Of a stretch of 64,000 bases of DNA, positions 10,017 through 22,565 are shown piece by piece (position 1 is the first letter of the stretch; the number at the start of each line of letters is the position of its first letter). The notes under the pieces are model-generated. The model had not been told where the DNA came from. It ran no database searches and saw only the letters and a program-made list of their open reading frames with translations. A program made the translations under genes and the position numbers. Origin of the DNA: Chlorokybus atmophyticus (taxonomy: Eukaryota > Plantae > Mesostigma and Chlorokybus algae); contig RHPI01002112.1 in the NCBI GenBank assembly GCA_009103225.1, positions 10,449-74,448 on the forward strand, read 5' to 3'.

Positions 10017-10309
10017 ACAGAAAATCTAGCATGACATGCATGTGTTTGATATGCTTTTAACTTTTACCTGCAAAAGCCACGATGAATGCTAGCTCGCAGC
10101 GTGTGGTATCCTACATGCTTGGTAATGCGAGTTAAGCAAGCGCAGCTTGTGTTTTCTTGTTGCGCTGCTTAGTTAGCGTAATGTTCAACCTGTGTGCACA
10201 TGAGCATTGCCAGCTGGCTTGCTTGTTGTAGTGGGATGTGTCCACTCCTGAAGGTTGACTGTCGGCGATTTGGCAGCGGCTGTGGTTGGAGAAACGGCAA
10301 GCAACGCGT

Positions 10310-11833
10310 ATGCTGGAGACTGAAGCCTCAGATGGAGTTGTCGAGGTGGCCGGCTGTGGCCTTCGCAATGTCGGAAATAGCTGCTACGCAAACGCGGTCC
10401 TACAGGCACTCACGCATACGCCGCCATTGGCAAAGTTCGCAAAAGAGAAAGCCCATTCACGCGACTGCCGCAAGCAGGGATGTGCCCTGTGCTTGCTCGA
10501 GCAACGCATCGCACGCTCTCTATCGCTCGGCATCAAAGCAGCTGCCGACAACCCAGCAGCACTGTTGGCGCGCTTGCGGACTTTTGCCAAAGGCCTGCTC
10601 GTTGCTGGGCGTCAGGAGGACGCTCACGAGCTGCTGCGCCATGCACTGGAGGCATGTCAGAAGGCCGTGCTGCCACAGAACGTGAAGGATGCTGCGTTGG
10701 AGAGAGCCACGCCGCTTGGAAAATTTTTTGCGGGAGTTTTGCAGAGTCAGGTGTTGTGCATGCGCTGCGGCCATGAGTCTAACACCCTGGACAACTTCAT
10801 GGACCTTAGCATTGACCTCATTCGCTGCAATAGCGTTGAAGCTGCGCTGGCTGCATTCACAAGGGCTGAGAAGCTGGACGGAGACAATGCGTACCGCTGC
10901 GAAGGTTGCCGGCAGCTTTGTCCTGCAAAAAAACAGTTCACTGTGCGGAGTGCACCAAGCATTCTTGTCCTACATCTCAAACGCTTTGGTGCTCTTGGCG
11001 GCAAGATCAACCGGCATGTAGCATTCTCAGAACAACTGGACATGACACCATACATGACTCCTGGCTGCGCAGATTCCAACCCGCAGTACTCCCTCTATGC
11101 CAGTTTGGTGCACTTTGGCACTGCCGCTTCTGGACACTACTACTGCTATGCGCGTGACCGGTCAGGATGGCTACTGTTTGATGACTGCTCTGTGTCGCGG
11201 TGTACTGCAGCCAAGGTACTAGCTGAGAGTGCATACATGCTGTTTTACACTCGCACCACAAAGGCGCCAATTTGTCCTGGCTCACCAAAGAAGCCAACAG
11301 CCTTCATCGGGCCGCAGCTGCCTGCAGCCGTTACCAATGGTGCCGTCAATGGCAGTGCAGAGGTTGAGATGACAGGCAATGGCAATCACACTCATGCAGC
11401 GCCACCAACTCGCAAGAGGTCCCCAAGGCTGCCGCGTAAAGCAGGCGCTGCAGCAACTGCTGTTGCAGAGTTTGTCGCGGCCTTGAAGGAGACCCCAGAT
11501 GTGAAAGCACAGCTAGCTTGGTGCGTATTGATGCACTGCCCCAGTCTCACAGCTGGACGTGGCCGCATGGCAGCTGAACTGTTGTGTGTGCGTTGCAGTC
11601 TTGAAAAGGAGGCGACGCAGTCATTGCGACAAGGATGGCGGGATGAGGTTGCTGGCTTGATGCGCACCGCAAAACGTGCGCGGCCTGATCTTGCAATTGG
11701 TGTGGATGAGACCACTGCCTGCCACCAGCTGATTGCGGCTGTGCGCGAGAAGGGTCAAAGCACAGTATCGGCTGCTACGAAAGCACATCTGTGGAAGGAG
11801 TTGCGCAAGGTTTTTAGCCCAGCTGACTCATAG
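10310..11833 (+). CDS. Ubiquitin-specific protease, USP36/USP42 (plant UBP23)-like, apparently single exon
   Basis: Cys box GLRNVGNSCYANAVLQAL, QEDAHELL, CxxC fingers, LHLKRF, His box LVHFGTAASGHYYCY and WLLFDD. Confidence 0.92.
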   Translation: MLETEASDGVVEVAGCGLRNVGNSCYANAVLQALTHTPPLAKFAKEKAHSRDCRKQGCALCLLEQRIARSLSLGIKAAADNPAALLARLRTFAKGLLVAGRQEDAHELLRHALEACQKAVLPQNVKDAALERATPLGKFFAGVLQSQVLCMRCGHESNTLDNFMDLSIDLIRCNSVEAALAAFTRAEKLDGDNAYRCEGCRQLCPAKKQFTVRSAPSILVLHLKRFGALGGKINRHVAFSEQLDMTPYMTPGCADSNPQYSLYASLVHFGTAASGHYYCYARDRSGWLLFDDCSVSRCTAAKVLAESAYMLFYTRTTKAPICPGSPKKPTAFIGPQLPAAVTNGAVNGSAEVEMTGNGNHTHAAPPTRKRSPRLPRKAGAAATAVAEFVAALKETPDVKAQLAWCVLMHCPSLTAGRGRMAAELLCVRCSLEKEATQSLRQGWRDEVAGLMRTAKRARPDLAIGVDETTACHQLIAAVREKGQSTVSAATKAHLWKELRKVFSPADS

Positions 11834-12974
11834 CTAGTTGCGTGGTTAATCACCTTGATGGTCAGCAAAGCAGCCATGATACGTAGGGGTGCGTTATTAG
11901 TGTATTAGTGTATTGTTAATTACCGCAGCACTGCCGGTCGTCCCGCCTAGACAGTCTGCCTGGAATTTTGGCATTTTTGCCGCAGTTGGCATTGAGTAGG
12001 GTTGATACATTGCTGTACATTCTAGTGATTTGTCAGTGCAAGCAGCATTGCTTGATTAATGGAGCTTGATATAGTTGTGAGAATTTACGCCCATGCCAAG
12101 TCCATTGTTGCAAGCTGCTGCTGTTCTCAGGTGGTGCAAGTTTTGTGCTGTACCCAAGTTGTGGGCTGTGCCTCGGAAGGCCATGTGGTCCATTCGCTGA
12201 TCTGGTGCAATTCGCAGCATTGCGAACACTTCATGTATAGGATGTGCTCGAGGTGGTTACAGGCATGCATGATGCACACAGCAGCATACAAACAAGCATG
12301 CAAGCATGTTTACCGCCAACAGCAAGGACGACGACTCCCTCTCTCCTGCTCTCCTCTCCCCCGCCACCATCTCTGTTGGGGGAGAGGTCGGTTCACCTGC
12401 GCTGCATCGTCTCCTGTCAATCTCACCTTCGCTGTGCAGTGCCAACCTCAGCACCGCACAGTGCAGGGTCGCTGCCGCATCACTGGCAGTTAGGTGCGGC
12501 CAGTGGGGTTGGGTGGTGGGGTTGGGTGTTGAACGACATGTGTTTAATAAATAGAATGCAAGGATTGTGGCATGCATGAGAGTGTGACACACACATGCAT
12601 GAGCAGTCTACTCACCACACCATGAAGCACTCTCCTTAACCACCGGGTGAGCGCACATGTTACAGTGCCCAATGTAAGAGACATAACCAGACAAGTTCTT
12701 GCGTTGTGATGCAAAACATGAGCCCAGCCACATCTGACCAATAACGCATCACTACATTTCTCTCCACTGCCACAGCAAGCATGCTGGTGCAGTGTCACTT
12801 CTAGGTTTCCATGCATGTATCACATCTCCAGTGTACAAAAGATGGTAGGCTAGACTAGCCTGTGTATGCACAAGCCTATTCACAAACGCCGCTTACAACT
12901 CGGCAGGCTGCAGTATGCAGTCCTGCCGAAGGAAAACAACTGCAATTTGACGAATGTGCTCACTGGAGGCTGCC

Positions 12975-15900
12975 TCAGATCACAGGCCCATTCTCGGCTG
13001 GGAGCGTGTTGCGAGTGCGCACAGCATCTTCCGGAAGACGGATTGTCAACAAGTCGGCTGCAGAGTGCACACGCTCTGGCACTTTGCCTGCATGTGATGA
13101 TGAGCACACATTGAGTTTCACGATTCACAATCATATGTATCAATCCTTGACGATAACATGTGCAGCAAATACAGAACTGAGATGTCTGGTTAGGTGACAG
13201 TTTACGCAGGCTCCCCGGAAGGGCCAGCGTGCGCATTCTGTCACCTTCAAGTGTGATGGTCAAGTTGGCTTCAGTGGTAGTGCTGTCGGAATGGCTCGGG
13301 TAAGACCCCACGCCAACATCGGGAAACTGCTTGGCCACTGCTGCGAGCGCCGGCGCGGCTGTGGCTTCCTCCAACTGCAGCCCCAAGTGAACACTTACAA
13401 ACGGCGGCAACCGCGCAATCACGCTGCTCTCACACAACTGCGCCCATTTGGCGCGAACAACCGGAGGAACTCCTGCGCCATCAGCCAACACGAGCACCAG
13501 TTACAGACACATCTGACTGCATCCATAGCAGCCTGCAATGCGCGCACACACGCACGCATGTAACACTTACCTGGCATCACAATGACATTCCGACACTGTA
13601 CAACTGGAAATGGTCCGCCGACGTCAATCAACTCCGTGCATCCCAAAGGGACATTCGCCATCTGTAGATGAGCATCCGTACAGCGCTCCTTGTAGTACTC
13701 CTTGATACTTGTCTCCAAGTCAACATGCCGCGCCAATGTAGTGGAAAAAGCACGAGCAATACCTATACATGTAAGTGTACATTTACGTTCATAGACTGAC
13801 CTCTTTTGTATGCAACCAGCCTGCTACCATCATTGACACGAATGCGCAGTGTAATGCAACAGGAGATGAGGTGAAGTACCTGCCATGGTAACGTCATCAT
13901 GCGTGGGCCCAACCCCGCCGGTGGTGATCACCAAATCACACTCGTGACTGCAGCGCGCAACTTCCTCCGCTATCAGATCAGCATCATCCGATAACATAGA
14001 AACCCTCCTTGTACCCCACCCCATCGCGCGCAACTGATCCAACAAGAACGGTGCGTTGGTATCACGTATCCGGCCTGACCTGCAAGATGAAGCTGCTCGC
14101 ATCATATGAAGGCACTGCACACTCAACGTGTTGTGGTATACATGAAATATGCTTCTACAATATGTGTTGTAACTTATGTATGTGCGCTACTTACAGCAGT
14201 TCATCGCCAACAACGATGATGGCAGCATGTCGTATAGGTGAGGCTGCAATGTCGCCATTGAGATGGGAGAATCGACCGCGCCCCGCACGCTCCAGCCTCG
14301 AGTCTCTTAGCATGTAAGCGGGTAAGAACTTGCCCGGTTGGTCGGGGATGGCCAGTGCAGGGTTTGGCCTTGTGTCGACGGTGGACCCGAGAGAAGTGTA
14401 TCCTTCATCATACAGCGAGCTGTAAGGCAGATTGCAACCTTTCAGAAGCCGCCATATCGCCGCGTAAGGCCACGCTAGCATTGGGTTGATGCGCATGAAG
14501 GGCGGCCATCCCAACGATGATGGCGCCCACTCCCCTTGCCCTCTCCCATCTGGATCACCCGCCCTTGTGCCCATGAGAACCGCAGCTATACCATCCGGCC
14601 CTACCACCATCATACCAGTTGAGTTGTTCTGAACTGCAGCAAAACTCAGTCACCACATCTGCGCAACTGCAAACCAAGCTGCAACAAAGCTCCAAGTGCA
14701 TTTAATCACACTAAACAGGCCATGCAACTAGCTTAAATGACAACTGTTCTACTGAGAACAAATGGTGAAGGAACTGAAAACATGGCTTGCAATCGTGCTC
14801 ACACGGGCTAAATGCGCTGGGCCAAAAGTTTGTTACAAACTGCTTCTGCCCGCAAGCATGACTTGATCACAACTGTTGGGCTTTGGCACTTCAGATGCTG
14901 TAAACGTGTAGAGCTGCGAGGTACCTGAGGTGAGCTTTTGCAAGCCTCCTTTGAAGCCTTCTTCAGGGGGAATTGTGATCAGCTGCAGGCCGTACTGCTT
15001 AGCAGTGACTTGCAAAAAGGCTTCCATCTGAGGGAAAGCATTTGGAGTTTGGAAGTAGATTGCCCTCACTTGAGTTGCTCGCTCGGGATCGGCCGAACGC
15101 AGCAGATGCAGCAGAGCAATGGAATCCTGCAGAAGGCAGGATTCAGAAACACCCATCTATCACAGAAAGAAAGCTGGCATGCAGTGTGCCTCATGCCACG
15201 GACGTGAGTGATCAGGCACTCTTGAGTAAGTGTTCGACAAAGTCTTATTTGTCAAGCAGCGTCGTTTTGCACATAGTGAGCAGCTAGCATTAACAAGTGA
15301 CACAGCATGCAGTATGCATGCTTGCTTAGTGAGCTAAACTATACAATGCTGGGCATGACAGGCAGTTGCGCTGTCATCACGCCAACTTGCAACTTGCACA
15401 CAGTTCTATAGCAGCTCAAACTCATGATTAGAGCACTATGCTGTCACTGGAAGTGCCGTGCAGTTAGCAATGGCTAGCGCTGCAAGTTAACTCGTGCACA
15501 GCTACGACTGTAATTAATCACACAAGTATGAGATTAGACAAGTATGAGCACTAACCAAGCTAATGCCGCTGATGTGTGCTATTGCTCGGAGTATACTGTA
15601 GCTAAGGCTGCAAATTCAGCTGCTGCCTTACAGTTCATACCCATGCCAAGGTTGAACTGTGAGCAAGACACTAACTATGGCAACTGCCTGGTCCTACAGC
15701 TTTTTACAGCTGCAAGCTTTACACGACACAACAGCTTACGTCAGTGCTGCATTTGTCCTACCAATATAGTGCATGACCAAGTGCACCACGACCCCAGCAA
15801 ACTGCAATGCTGTCGTTAAGCGAAGCTGCAGTATGCTAGCCATAGCAGATGGAAGCTGATTATATAAAAGTTGCATGTTGTCAACATAACTGGTGAGAGC

Positions 15901-16205
15901 TGCTGCTGATTAATGATCAAGTGGCACAAACTCAATTCAGCTGCATGCTGCACCTTTCCGCCGTTGAAAGAGAAGGCGAGGCGCTCCGGGCCGTAGAGCA
16001 CCAGCGCCCGCTGGCAAGTTGCAACGCCGCGGCTGAAGAGCAACTTTACAGCCGCTGCTCCTTCCCCTTCGAGAGCTGCCACGGCGGTTGCCACCTCCAT
16101 GGCCGCCGCCGCAGCCGACTGCCACGTGTCACGCGGTGGCAGCCCTCTCGCCGCCCGCCATGTGTGCAAACGGCAGTTTGCCACTGTGCGCAGTTCCCTA
16201 AACAT
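12975..16205 (-). CDS. FAD synthase (PAPS-reductase-like domain plus MoCF-biosynthesis/CinA-like domain), 7 exons
   Basis: SFNGGK|DS, GTRAGDP, PPFMRINPMLAW, SLYDEGYTSLG, IIVVGDELLSGRIRDTN, VITTGGVGPTHDDVT and VGSYP. The last exon (~13085-12975) reads GKVPERVHSAAD...GPVI*. Confidence 0.9.
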
Positions 16206-16826
16206 TTAGGCTAAGAGCGCCTCTGCTGGACCAGCAGCCCTGGTACTCGGTACCTGGTACATGAAGTTGGCATGTGATGCAACTTGCATCATGCAAGGAG
16301 ACTCAACACTGTTAAGTTAACGACGTGGAATTTTTTCAATAATATAACAACTACCAACCTGGTGAACTGCATCAAGTTGATGGTTAATAGAATATACATA
16401 TCAAGTCATGAACATTAAACGTTTCAGGTCCAGCAATCCATTGCATAAAAAAGTATATTTATAATATGTATGTTATATTGACACTTGCCTCTTCACCCAT
16501 GCACGGTGCATTGCAATGATTTGTATTAATTGTTTAATTGATGTAGGGCATCTTATCGTTATGACGCGGTAATGTAAATATTCATCAATGGATAAATAAC
16601 GCGTAATGCATTTGTGTCCCGTATCAATAAATAACAACCAATAAATAATTATTATAAGAATACACGGGGCTAGTAAGGCTGCCGTATAGTCGTATACTGC
16701 ATGTTTGCATGACTGTTATTGCATCCATACATAAAAGCGCCCAACATTGCAAAAATGAGCCATTGTGAGTTTTATTACAACACATGTATTGTAATTGCAC
16801 TCAAACTCAATACCCCCCCCCCCCCC

Positions 16827-17042
16827 CAAACGCGGTCCTACAGGCACTCACGCATACGCCGCCATTGGCAAAGTTCGCAAAAGAGAAAGCCCATTCACGC
16901 GACTGCCGCAAGCAGGGATGTGCCCTGTGCTTGCTCGAGCAACGCATCGCACGCTCTCTATCGCTCGGCATCAAAGCAGCTGCCGACAACCCAGCAGCAC
17001 TGTTGGCGCGCTTGCGGACTTTTGCCAAAGGCCTGCTCGTTG
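16827..17042 (+). repeat. Exact 216-bp copy of USP coding sequence 10389-10604
   Basis: Base-for-base identical by eye, flanked by C15 (16813-16827) on the left and an N at 17045 on the right. Confidence 0.9.
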
Positions 17043-17910
17043 TTNGATATATTCACACCCTTTGGTGTGATTAAGTCAGTCATAAATGTCGCACATGTAT
17101 TTTGTCATGCAGAGTATACATGGAGTGCACGCATGTTATATATACAAATGAAAAATAAGGCTCATACGCATATTTCGAAGTTCAAATGGTGTCAGTTGAG
17201 TCGCATGTCGCAAGTCTCATCATGTGTACATTTGCTTAATCAATACATCAACGCACTTCATTTATATAATATATGCGTAATTGATTTTAACATGTACTTA
17301 TATAATTATACGCATTACACAATGCGTATAATTATACACAATACGCATTGTGTAATGCGTATTATGCGTGTTTCATCCATATGGGTTATTGTACTTGGCT
17401 AATATAGGCTTGTCAATGGAGCAACTTGCTGTGAATTATATACACATTGTCATAAACTGTGCTATAAGACATGTGTGTCATGAGCGAAATGTCGCACATA
17501 ATTCATCAAACACGTGGTGCATCATATGTAGTGAAATTGAACATGTCACTTCAAGTGCAAGTTCATGTGACACGTGCAAGATCTTTGTAAGATACAGTAT
17601 GGCTACAAATATTCGTTGTAAAGTTATTAATAGCGAAGCCAAAATTAAACTTTTTATTACATTATGCGGGTCAAAACTACCCAACAACAAATGCGTTCAT
17701 TATGGTTGTGTTGCAGCAAATTGACAAAATAGAAATTGAATGCTCCACGTGGGGCGCGTGAAGAGCTCATGTCTCTACAATAGTGCTTCGTTGCCATATG
17801 TGTTCTCTGAATATAACGCGATCAAATATTGTCAATTATGCTTTTATGTGAGTCTCGGCCATATGGCCAAACCAAATGCAGCATGATTGATAAGTAATAT
17901 CACTTGCTGC

Positions 17911-18243
17911 AATAGGCCTTATTCAAACAGCTTAAAGCAACTTTTCATCAATAATGGCTTTGGGTATTACGCTGTGGTGAACAATCTCGAACCTCCACGC
18001 TTGGGGTGGCACACCTGAGAAAGATGGCGCTTTGATGCATGCATGTGATGCGGTGTGTAGTATTCGTCTAGGCCTTAGAAAAGCAGATTAGACCGACTAG
18101 GCCCTAATAAAGCAGCTTAAAGCAGCATGTAATTTCCATGGCTTTAAGCAGTGCGCTGTGGTGGACAATCTCTAACCTAAGGCTTGGGGTGGCACACCTG
18201 AGAGGATGGCGCTTTGCCGCATGCATGCGATGCGGTGTGTAGT
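17911..18243. repeat. Imperfect two-copy tandem repeat with a period of about 185 bp
   Basis: cagcttaaagca...cgctgtggtg.acaatctc.aacct...gcttggggtggcacacctgaga..gatggcgctttg..gcatgcatg.gatgcggtgtgtagt at 17928 and 18113. Confidence 0.85.
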
Positions 18244-18309
18244 GACCGACTCTGACAGTGAGGACTCCTCACCGAGTCCTCGGCCATGCAAATGATTAAG
18301 CTTATTGGA

Positions 18310-18356
18310 ATGAGTCATCAGTCATGAGTCATGAGTTATGAGTCATGACCATGAGG
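18310..18356. repeat. Tandem (ATGAGTC)-like heptamers forming TGAGTCA motifs
   Basis: tgagtca at 18311, 18325 and 18339, with tgagtta at 18332. Confidence 0.7.
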
Positions 18357-20367
18357 ACTTTGTCTTGGCTCGCTAGTGCAGTAAGGGCCGGAACCGGTTC
18401 TGACCACGGCTAAGCCGTAACTTTGGCCGACGGTGGCAACGAATGGTGGGCGGTCATCTCAACAGTGGACGACGGGTATCTAGCTAGAGAGCGCGTGTCG
18501 TAGCAGGTAGAATTCGGTCATGAAGCTCCGTCCGGCGGACGATAGGCTTTGAAATAAATCTGCGTCTACATGTAGCCTGTATGGGCAGGTTTCCAAGGTC
18601 CGATAAAGTCAGTACCTAATCATGGGAAGGCATAGCCATTAATAGGGCCCTTCGGAAATGGTTATGGTAGCTTTTGACCGCAGGCTACGTAGCAGGCTCG
18701 TGCGGCGAGCAGGACGGGCTATGTCCGCCGCATGTCGGCGTGCACACAACCCCACGAGGTGAGTCAGAGCACGGCCCTGGCAAGGTCGCCGACGCCGGCA
18801 ACGACCTCGGCCACACCCACGGCACGGGTGCCGTCTCCTTCTGAAGCATGCGCTCCACGAATCGTCGCAGGTACGAGCCGCGGGGCAGGCTTGATTCATT
18901 ACGTTAGTGCCATTCAAACAGCTTGTCGTGTATATTGACGCATAACGTACTTAAGGCATGTTATATACCTTTTCATCCAAACGCACAACAAGCTGCAGGC
19001 CCGCGCCGTTTTCTGTCACCGTTCGTACACATTCGTGCCCCTTGTCCCCAGTAAAACCGCCCTTCCAGAAGCTTCCGACCCTAGACTGTATTTCTGCGCC
19101 AACGGCAGATTGCCTAACGTGTGCGGGATTCAGCGTAACGTTAGGCAGGCGCGGGCTTTTGCAGATACAGCGCTCACATGTTGCAGGCTGAGCGCACGCC
19201 GTGCTACTAGTATTTCACGATACGCACTCGGCGAGGCAAGGGCTTTTGACGTCGACGGCTTGGGCGGGGCAAAGCAGTCTGACTCAGCTTCAATTCTTCA
19301 CGATTGTTCAGTCCAAGCCTGTATTGTGGTGCTGGTTCAGTATCGCGGTGCAATGAGCCAGTATCGTGGCCGCGTGCGGGGCGAGGCACGTTATACGGCG
19401 CACGCTGCCAAACTAACCGCCATGGCAGCAGTATCACGCGCAGGAATGGAGATATCCACCTCGTTGCTGGTTGAAACCACCAAAACGACTGCAAAAATCA
19501 GCGGCGAGGCCGGCCTCAACGTCAAGTAGGGTTAGACCTGACCGAGTTTACTAGCCGGCGTTTGGGCGTGCATAGGCTTTGTGCTGAGGGGAGGCTTTTT
19601 GGACAGCTGGCGACTTGGCTAAGGTTAGGAAGAGGAAAGACAATTGGTGGCAAGTAGAATTGGAAGCTGCTAAAAGTGGTGTTGTCAAGTTTGCCGAAGT
19701 GGGCGGCGTAGGTGGGCGAGGCGCTGTCTGTGTCGTGTTGGCTGGCTGCGAGACGTGCAATTGAGTGTGAACAGCTCTGTGTGTTTGAGTGGCTGGACGG
19801 CTGGCGACAAGTACATTGCCTGGAGCTTAGCACCCACTATAGCCTGCTATTTGGTGAATTGAAGTTGTTCACCTCTGGCTAGGGCGTGCGTGGTCGGTGG
19901 TGTTGGAGGTGCGTGAGCTTGTTGCTGATGACACAAACTTGCTGTGTTGTCCGTCTGTTCCGATGCTCCGCAATGGTGTCCATCGAGTAGTAGTTGGGTT
20001 GTGCTGACAAGAACTTTGCCATACAGCTGTGAGAGGAGGTTTCTGCTCACCCTTCCCCGGGTCATTCGCCCGCTGGGAGTCATGGCGATGACGGCAGAGT
20101 CACTTGCCGTTGCCGTCGCTGTGGCTTGCCAGCTGCCCGCTGCGATGTAAGCTAGGAGCTTCGCCAGCGTGCGGTTCGTCCGCGTGGAGCGCTGGCGATT
20201 ATCATCTGCTGTGCTGCACAGCTGCCATCAATTGCTTGAAAGGCGCAGCAGCGGAGCATTCACGCGCAAGCAGCTCGTGGTGCGGCTGTGGCATGCTAGT
20301 GCAGCATTTGCCGCAGCAAGGAGCTGCTAGTGTAAAGTAGTGTGCTATTGTTGCCGCGACTGTCGCA

Positions 20368-22565
20368 ATGGCCCCACAGGCTGACGGCCAGACGCTGGTT
20401 ATGCACCCGGCTGCCGTGGTCACATTCCCTGACACTTATGGCTGGCCGGGCCGCAAGGTGCGCTGGCTTGTGCCCATGTGCTATATAGTATTTAGCGTGT
20501 GCTCGTCACTCGTTGTCAAGGTCTTCAACTGCTGGGTTTGTATTGGCATATGCTCTGGTGTTGTGCGAGTTGGCTTGATTTTCTCACAGGCTTTAGGCTT
20601 GCTAGTGTTAGCGCAGACTGTCGAGTATGTTCGGTGGCCAGCAGGAAGTAACCGGTGTTGTCTGGACAGGTTGGCTGCAGGCGTGTATTTGTGCAAACAG
20701 AGACTGGGAATGTGGTAGGCGTGGAAGTGGATAGAGGCGATACAGTTGACAAGTTGAAGCGCCGTGTGCAAGCAGCACTCAAAGTGTCCACGGAGAATTC
20801 TGAGCTGCGTTTTGGCGATGTCAAGTTGGAGCGATCTGAAGACATCAGCACAATTCGCCGGGACAGCCCTCTGCTGCTCACTCGCAAGGGACTCAGCAGA
20901 AGCCACTCAACGCCCTGCATCTCTCCCACCAGCCATGATGATATGCCAGTCCCGTCACCATTGGCTAAGGCTTTTGAGGTTATGAGTGGCGGGTCCAGTG
21001 TGGCAATGCGTCGGTTGCTGAGAGACTGCATCAAGGGCGTGGAGAAGGGTATAGCTCCTGTTCGCGCTGAGGGTGGGCTAGGTGGTGCATACTACTTCCG
21101 CAGCGGGCGTGGCGACAATGTTGCTGTTGTCAAGCCATGCGATGAGGAACCCATGGCACCAAACAACCCCAATGGGTTTGTAGGTCGGGCCATTGGTGAA
21201 CCTGGCATGACTAAAGCTGTTCGTGTTGGTGAAGCTGCAATGCGGGAGGTTGCTGCATTTCTACTCGACCATAACCAGTTTGCCAATGTTCCCAAAACAG
21301 CGTTGGTGAAGGTTTCGCACTCAATCTTCCATGTTGCAAGTCGCACGGGGTCACCACCCGCAAAGGAAAGTGCACCAGTCACAAAGATTGCATCGCTGCA
21401 AGAGTTCAAGCGACACGACTGTGATGCGTCTGAGCATGGTTTTTCAAGATTCCCAGTGTCAGCTGTTCATCGCATTGGCATCTTCGATGTACGGGTGTTC
21501 AACACCGATCGACACGCTGGTAACATTCTGGTTCGGTCAATTGACTCTGATGGGCTGAGTTCTCGACTTCGCCATGGCTCACTGCACGATGATAGCCTTG
21601 AGCTGGTTCCCATTGATCATGGGTTCTGCTTGCCCGAAGTGCTGGATGCTGTGTACCTGGAGTGGCTGCACTGGCCACAGGCGGCTATGCCATTTAGCAA
21701 GGAAGAGTTGGAGTACATTGATGCCCTCAATGTTCAGGAGGACATTGACATGCTGCGTCGCGAGCTGCCAATGCTGCGAGAAGGCTGTCTGCGCACACTG
21801 GAAGTGTCCACCACGCTGCTGAAGCGCGCTGCTAGTGCCGGCCTGGTTCTCGCAGACATTGGGCACATGCTCAGTCGGCCAATAGCACGCATGGGTGAAC
21901 AGCTGAGTGACCTGGAAGCCATCTGCCTGGATGCATACCAGGTCCTCACAGAGGAAGCAGTGACCGGGCGTGACACTGGCTGCATCAGTGAAGAGGATGA
22001 TGAAGACTGCATTGCAGAGAGCGATGAGGAAGAAGATAGCACGCAGTTCCTGATGGACGACGATGATGCAGCTTCACAGCCCACAAGCCCTAGTTCTAGC
22101 ACGTCACTCTCCCCTGCCTCAGGCGATGGCTTTGGGTCCATTGACAGCTTTAGCACTGAGCCCAGCTCCAGCAGTGATAGCAGCACTCCATGGCGGCTAT
22201 CCATGGACACTCCTGCAGACAACCCTTTTGCCCCTTCACGCACAGTCACACAGCCTATGAACACTCCTCTGGCACGCCGTGCCTTCCGCCGCAAGAGCCT
22301 TCGCCGCATCACCCCACTTCTGGGCCGCACTTGGACCACAGATAGGAATGCGGTGCACCCGTACATTGCAGCAGCTACTGGTGATGCCACCCAGGCTGCT
22401 CCCAGCCCAAAGCCAAGTGACACTGTTGCCTTTGCCGACATGGATGACCGCCAGTGGAAGCGCTTCATGGAGATCTTGGTGGAATTCATTGACAGGCTTG
22501 TGGAGGACAAGCGTCGCTCACCCATAGCATTTGCGCCGCGGATGGGCAGTTCTTGCGGGTTTTGA
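20368..22565 (+). CDS. Plant-type type II phosphatidylinositol 4-kinase gamma (gamma5/6/7-like) with an N-terminal ubiquitin-like region; exons 20368-20457 and 20670-22565
   Basis: RRVFVQTETG, GGLGGAYYF, VKPCDEEPMAPNNP, REVAAFLLDH, IGIFDVRVFNTDRHAGNILV, VPIDHGFCLPE and C-terminal RMGSSCGF. Confidence 0.93.

Larger units (their letters stand above)
16261..18360. other. AT-rich, TG/CA-rich island with no recognisable coding potential, probably decayed repeat DNA
   Basis: Abrupt drop in GC relative to the flanks. It contains palindromes, a tandem repeat and an internal N. Confidence 0.5.

Noticed and set aside
12257-12592. Possible last exon of FAD synthase or a separate ORF
   Set aside because: A better in-frame terminal exon with plant FADS-like sequence ends at 12975, and this ORF has no recognisable motif.
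21734-22525. 263-aa antisense ORF
   Set aside because: It is the shadow of the Ser/Asp-rich PI4K-gamma coding strand and has no independent features.
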